Below are positions 59,879 to 64,000 of a DNA stretch of 64,000 nucleotides, one piece after another. Numbering within the stretch: position 1 is the first letter of the stretch; each line of letters starts with the position of its first letter. This stretch comes from Chloroflexota bacterium (GTDB taxonomy: Bacteria > Chloroflexota > UBA11872 > VXOZ01), in assembly GCA_963663275.1 (NCBI GenBank), contig OY760183.1:2752001-2816000 (forward strand), written 5' to 3'. A program made the translations under genes and the position numbers. The notes beneath the pieces are model-generated. The model saw only the letters and a list, made by a program, of their open reading frames with translations. It was not told where the DNA came from and ran no database searches.

Positions 59879-60090
59879 TTTGCTTGCGCCTTTCAGGAAA
59901 ATCGAGTTCCGCTTTCGTCCTAGTCCCGGCACCGGCGGCGCGCCGCGCAGTGTGAACGGCTGCCGCGCTTCCGCCTTAGTGAAACAGACCCCGCGAAATC
60001 GCGCAACTAGCCCGCGTTATCGTAGCGCCGCATCCGCCGGAGCAGAGTCCGCGCTCTGCTCGGAACACGCGAAGGCCAGGAAGCGCCGCT

Positions 60091-60816
60091 TCACTCATCA
60101 GCGAACGGCGCCAGGGGAATCCCCGCTTGGCTCAGGCCGGTCGTCATTCGCCTCATATTTTCCGCCGCGGTGCGGTCCGGGCTGAAGATGGAAGAACCGG
60201 CCACCAGCACGTCGGCCCCGGCCAGGACTGAGTGCACGGCGGTTTCGGCGTTGATGCCGCCGTCCACCTGAAGCTGGACGCGCAGTTTCGCGTCGTCTAT
60301 CAGGCCGCGGAGCGCGCGGACTTTCTCCAGCATATCCGGCATGAATGACTGGCCGCCCCAGCCGGGCTCCACCGTCATTACCAAAGCCAGATCGATCTCA
60401 GGCAAAAAGGGGGTCAGCGCGTCCACCGGCGTGCCGGGCTTGATTGCCAGACCCACGCGCTTCCCGGCACTGCGGAATGCCTTGATAGTTTCACCCACGT
60501 CCGCGCAGGCTTCAACGTGCACGGTAAAGAGGTCGCCCTCGCTGCTGAGAAACAGCTCGAGCAGGCGCAGCGGCTCCGTAACCATGAGGTGCACGTCGAA
60601 GAGCCGGGACGAAGCCTGCCGCACACTGCGGATGACCGCCGGCCCAAAGCTTAGGTTGGGCACGAAGTGACCGTCCATGACGTCGAAGTGGAGGGAGTGC
60701 GCGCCGGCGGCGTCGGCCGCCGCCACGTCCTCCGCCAGGCGGCCAAAATCGGCGGCCAGCACGGACGGCGCGATGCGCGCGCGGCGCGGATGGCTAGGGG
60801 TTGGCGCACTCGTCAT
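60091..60816 (-). CDS. rpe: Ribulose-phosphate 3-epimerase
   Basis: IAPS, HFDVMDGHFVPN, DVHLM, MTVEPG and VDGG motifs. Confidence 0.94.
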   Translation of the reverse strand: MTSAPTPSHPRRARIAPSVLAADFGRLAEDVAAADAAGAHSLHFDVMDGHFVPNLSFGPAVIRSVRQASSRLFDVHLMVTEPLRLLELFLSSEGDLFTVHVEACADVGETIKAFRSAGKRVGLAIKPGTPVDALTPFLPEIDLALVMTVEPGWGGQSFMPDMLEKVRALRGLIDDAKLRVQLQVDGGINAETAVHSVLAGADVLVAGSSIFSPDRTAAENMRRMTTGLSQAGIPLAPFADE

Positions 60817-60908
60817 AGCAGGTAGGGTTGGAATCCGCTGCGGCGCGAGAGGACGCAAGAGGCTGCGTCACGCGGCCTTCGTTCAGGCAGACCGCTCACC
60901 GCCGCCGC

Positions 60909-62096
60909 TCAGTCGAGCAACGTCAACGGGTCTCTGAACCGGTTATTGTAGAGCACCTCGAAGTGCAGGTGCGGCCCGGTAGAATAGCCGGTGTTGCCCA
61001 TGGTCGCAATCGTCTCGCCGGCCTTTACGTAGTCGCCTACGGAGACGTAGATGTCGTCCAGATGGTTGTAGGTGGTTACCCAACCGTTGCCGTGGTTGAT
61101 GACGACGCGATAGCCGTAGCCGAGCGCGTCCCAGCCGGAGCCGATCACCTGTCCCGCGTCAGCGGCCACAATCGCGGTGCCGATGCGGTTCCCGATGTCC
61201 AGGCCCGGATGGTAGCCGTGGTAGTACTGCGTAATCGCGCCGTGCGTGGGCCAGCGAAACTCTCCAAAGGCCGCCACCGGCTGCTCGCGCTCGCTGAGTT
61301 GCCCCTGGGTGCTGGGGGTCTTGCGCAACGCTTCCGGCAGCACGCCGTGCGGGATGATCAACTCCATGCCCGGCACCAGGGTTGTGGAGAGGCCGATGCG
61401 GTTATACTCCGCTATCGAGACGGGATTGCTGGCGTACTTCTCCGCTATCTCATGCAATACGTCGCCATCGCCAACGGTATAGATTACGCCGTCTATCGGC
61501 GGCACCCGCAGCGTATCGCCCAGATACAGCAAGTGGTCCGCCGCGATGTCGTTTGCCCAGAGCAGGGTATCCAAAGTGATGCCGGAGCGCGCCGCTATGT
61601 CCACCAGCGTATCGTTGCCCCGCACCAGGTACGCGCGAATCTCATCCCGGGGCCGCAGGACGGCCGTAGTCTCCGACAGGATCGGCCGCACCATCGCGTC
61701 TGGAAAGATCGTCTGCACGGGGCGCACGCGCAGCGCCGCGGCGGTATAGTAGCGCGGCGCGTCGGCCGCGGCGCGAGCAGCCACCTCTCCGGCGGCGAAG
61801 GGAGCGACCCACAGCGCGACCGTGCCCAGCGTGAGCACAATCACGTGGCCGGAAGCGCGTTGCGCTACGCCCCGCGCCTGCAATGCGAGAACGTCGCTGC
61901 GCCACGCCTGCGCGGCGAGGCGCGGAAGACGCACGGCGTAGGCGGCGCAAAAGAAAATCAAGCCCAGAACTTGCAGCGGCCACGAACCCCGCCGCACTGG
62001 CGCGGCGTCTGCCGTTTGGCCGCCGGCTGCATTCGCCGCAACCCCCGCATCCGCGTAAATTGCGGCAGCCTCTTCCTGAAGTACGTCTACTGCCAT
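60909..62096 (-). CDS. LysM-containing M23 metallopeptidase
   Basis: Two LysM repeats; HPGLD, YNHL and STGPHLHFE motifs. Confidence 0.88.
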   Translation of the reverse strand: MAVDVLQEEAAAIYADAGVAANAAGGQTADAAPVRRGSWPLQVLGLIFFCAAYAVRLPRLAAQAWRSDVLALQARGVAQRASGHVIVLTLGTVALWVAPFAAGEVAARAAADAPRYYTAAALRVRPVQTIFPDAMVRPILSETTAVLRPRDEIRAYLVRGNDTLVDIAARSGITLDTLLWANDIAADHLLYLGDTLRVPPIDGVIYTVGDGDVLHEIAEKYASNPVSIAEYNRIGLSTTLVPGMELIIPHGVLPEALRKTPSTQGQLSEREQPVAAFGEFRWPTHGAITQYYHGYHPGLDIGNRIGTAIVAADAGQVIGSGWDALGYGYRVVINHGNGWVTTYNHLDDIYVSVGDYVKAGETIATMGNTGYSTGPHLHFEVLYNNRFRDPLTLLD

Positions 62097-62391
62097 CCGT
62101 CAGTGTCCTCGCACACGTGTCCTTGGCGCCGTGAGGCTTGGCAGACCTCCGGTCGCGGCTACACCCGAAGCGCACTTCCGCGAGCGCCTCGTCTCTCGCA
62201 ACCGGAAGAGCCTAGCTTGCACGGTATCAGGTGAATCCACAGGTGTCAAACCGGCCGCGGCGCGCACCGGCGCGCCCGCGCCCGCTCGCCCCGCGCTTCG
62301 CGTCCGTTGTGGGCCGGACGGGCATAATGCATAATTGACGTGAACGGAGCGCACCGGCGAACACGAGTCACCACACCGTGATGAGGGAGCG

Positions 62392-62691
62392 ATGAGCATG
62401 GTCGAACACTTAGTGCTGTTCAAAGTCAAGCCCGGCACCGGCGCGGAAGCGATACAGGCAATGCAGGACGCCCTGCTTGGCCTGCGGGACGCTATTCCCG
62501 GCATTCTGGAGATCACCGTGGGCGCCAATTTCAGCGAGCGCAGCCAGGGGTTCACCCACGGTCTGCTGGTGCGTTTCCAAGACCGCGCCGCGCTGGATAC
62601 GTACATTCCCCATCCCGCCCACGAGGAAACGCGCAACACGTACATCCTGCCGATTGTCGATGACGTGCTCGTCGTAGACTACGAGCGGTAG
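62392..62691 (+). CDS. Dabb (stress-responsive A/B barrel) protein
   Basis: HLVLFK, IPGI, FTHG, Y..HPAH and DY motifs. Confidence 0.85.
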   Translation: MSMVEHLVLFKVKPGTGAEAIQAMQDALLGLRDAIPGILEITVGANFSERSQGFTHGLLVRFQDRAALDTYIPHPAHEETRNTYILPIVDDVLVVDYER

Positions 62692-62834
62692 AGGCAGCGC
62701 CTTACGGTACCAGGCGCCCGGCCTCGCCCCCAGGGGACTTTTCCATTACCCCTTCCCCATCGAGGGGGAAGGTTGGGATGGGGGTGAGAAAAACTAACTC
62801 ACTTTATCTCTAGTTGCAAGAGCGCCTTGGATTC

Positions 62835-63868
62835 CCTAGACTCACAAACGAAGTGCAACACTTTGCTAAGGTGTTGCCATGGGAAAACAATACACACAAC
62901 TTACCATTGAAGAGCGGTGTGAAATTGCCCGACTTCTCACCGCGAGAACCTCGCACCGGCAAATCGCTGCAACTCTGGGTCGCGCGCCATCGACGATTTC
63001 GCGGGAGGTGAAACGAAATGGATCGCAATCGGCAGGCTATGAGCCAAAGTATGCCGATGATCAGGCGTGGGCGCGGTGCTGGCGCGGCAGCAAGCTGGAG
63101 CGGGATGCCGAGTTGCGGGAGGTGGTGTTGGGATACTTGCGGGATTGTTGGTCGCCGGAGCAGGTATCCGGACGTTTGGCGCGGGAGAACGGCGCGCCGG
63201 TCGTCTCTCACGAGACCATCTATCGCTTCATCTACGGGCAGCAGGCGCGCACGAAGGACGGTAACTGGCGGCATTACCTGCCGCGCGCCAAGTCCAAACG
63301 GGGCTGGCGCGGGCGAAAGGGCGGCAGTCCGGCCTCGTTCATTGCCCAGCGCCGACCGCTGGCAGAACGGCCCCAGGCGGCGGCAGACCGCCAAACGCCC
63401 GGCCACTGGGAGGCGGACCTGATGCTCTTTCGCACCTACGGTCAAGCAGTCTTGACCCTGCACGAGCGCCACTCGCGCCTGTTGCTGGCCGCGCGACCGC
63501 CCGGCAAGGCGGCAGCGCCGATCGCCACTATCCTGCACGACCTGTTCGCCGCGCTGCCCCCAGCGTGCAGCCAGACCGTCACGTTCGACAATGGCACGGA
63601 GTTCGCACAGCATTACCGCCTCCATGACTTGGGCATCCAAACCTTCTTCTGCGATACCCACTCGCCCTGGCAGAAAGGGGGCATCGAGAACGCCATCGGC
63701 CGCCTGCGGCGCCGGCTGCCGCGCAAGACCGACCTGGCACAGGTGAGCCAACAACGCTTTGCGCAACTGGTCCACGCCTACAACCACACCCCGCGCAAGT
63801 GTCTTGACTTCCAAACGCCAGCCGAAGTATTCATCAACCAGGTGTTGCACTTGAAATGTGAATCCACC
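62835..63868 (+). mobile_element. IS30-family insertion sequence
   Basis: Imperfect ~27-bp IRs sharing AAGTGCAACAC; TTC(C) direct repeat; inserted within a GGATTCCGGC..GGAATGAC hairpin. Confidence 0.85.
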
Positions 63869-63889
63869 TTCCGGCTTTCACCGGAATGA
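62879..63889 (+). CDS. IS30-family transposase
   Basis: RAPSTISREVKRN, WSPEQ, GHWEAD, TFDNGTEF, SPWQKG..EN and PRKCL motifs. Confidence 0.93.
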   Translation: MGKQYTQLTIEERCEIARLLTARTSHRQIAATLGRAPSTISREVKRNGSQSAGYEPKYADDQAWARCWRGSKLERDAELREVVLGYLRDCWSPEQVSGRLARENGAPVVSHETIYRFIYGQQARTKDGNWRHYLPRAKSKRGWRGRKGGSPASFIAQRRPLAERPQAAADRQTPGHWEADLMLFRTYGQAVLTLHERHSRLLLAARPPGKAAAPIATILHDLFAALPPACSQTVTFDNGTEFAQHYRLHDLGIQTFFCDTHSPWQKGGIENAIGRLRRRLPRKTDLAQVSQQRFAQLVHAYNHTPRKCLDFQTPAEVFINQVLHLKCESTFRLSPE

Positions 63890-64000
63890 CGGAGTTTTGC
63901 AAAGGTCACCCCAGGCGGAAAGCGCGCCCGGGATTGCGCCGCGCGCCGCCTAGCTTCCAGGATCAGCGTGCACGGGCCACGCGCCCAGCACGCGGACGAG

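Overview
This is a GC-rich bacterial chromosomal segment. Gene content (split MetE, type-E succinate dehydrogenase, PaREP1, many dehydratase/oxidoreductase paralogs) would fit a Chloroflexota-like genome, but that is inference only. Main blocks: (i) a minus-strand cluster of split metE, acyP, a FecR-like gene, acpS and nnr; (ii) two decayed toxin-antitoxin loci; (iii) an archaeal-style end-resection cluster mre11/sbcD-rad50/sbcC-nurA-HAS-barrel-(aldolase)-herA; (iv) a TCA cluster with sucCD, korAB, sdhAB plus an HdrB-like subunit, and mdh; (v) tRNA-Val, tRNA-Phe and gltB; (vi) catabolic enzymes, rpe, a LysM-M23 peptidase and an IS30 element. Several things are missed by the ORF track. These are a selenoprotein (WASW-U-RC thioredoxin fold plus TPR-like region, with a clear SECIS-like hairpin) after mdh, a 6S-like rod RNA, a degenerate 26-bp-period array between sdhA and sdhB, and an ANTAR-like gltB leader. 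There is also a nested set of REP-like hairpins and MITEs with IS4-like and IS5-like ends that carry and target each other. One of these hairpins is the IS30 target, and fragments of them sit in frame inside herA and the HAS-barrel gene. All calls come from reading motifs by eye; no searches were run.
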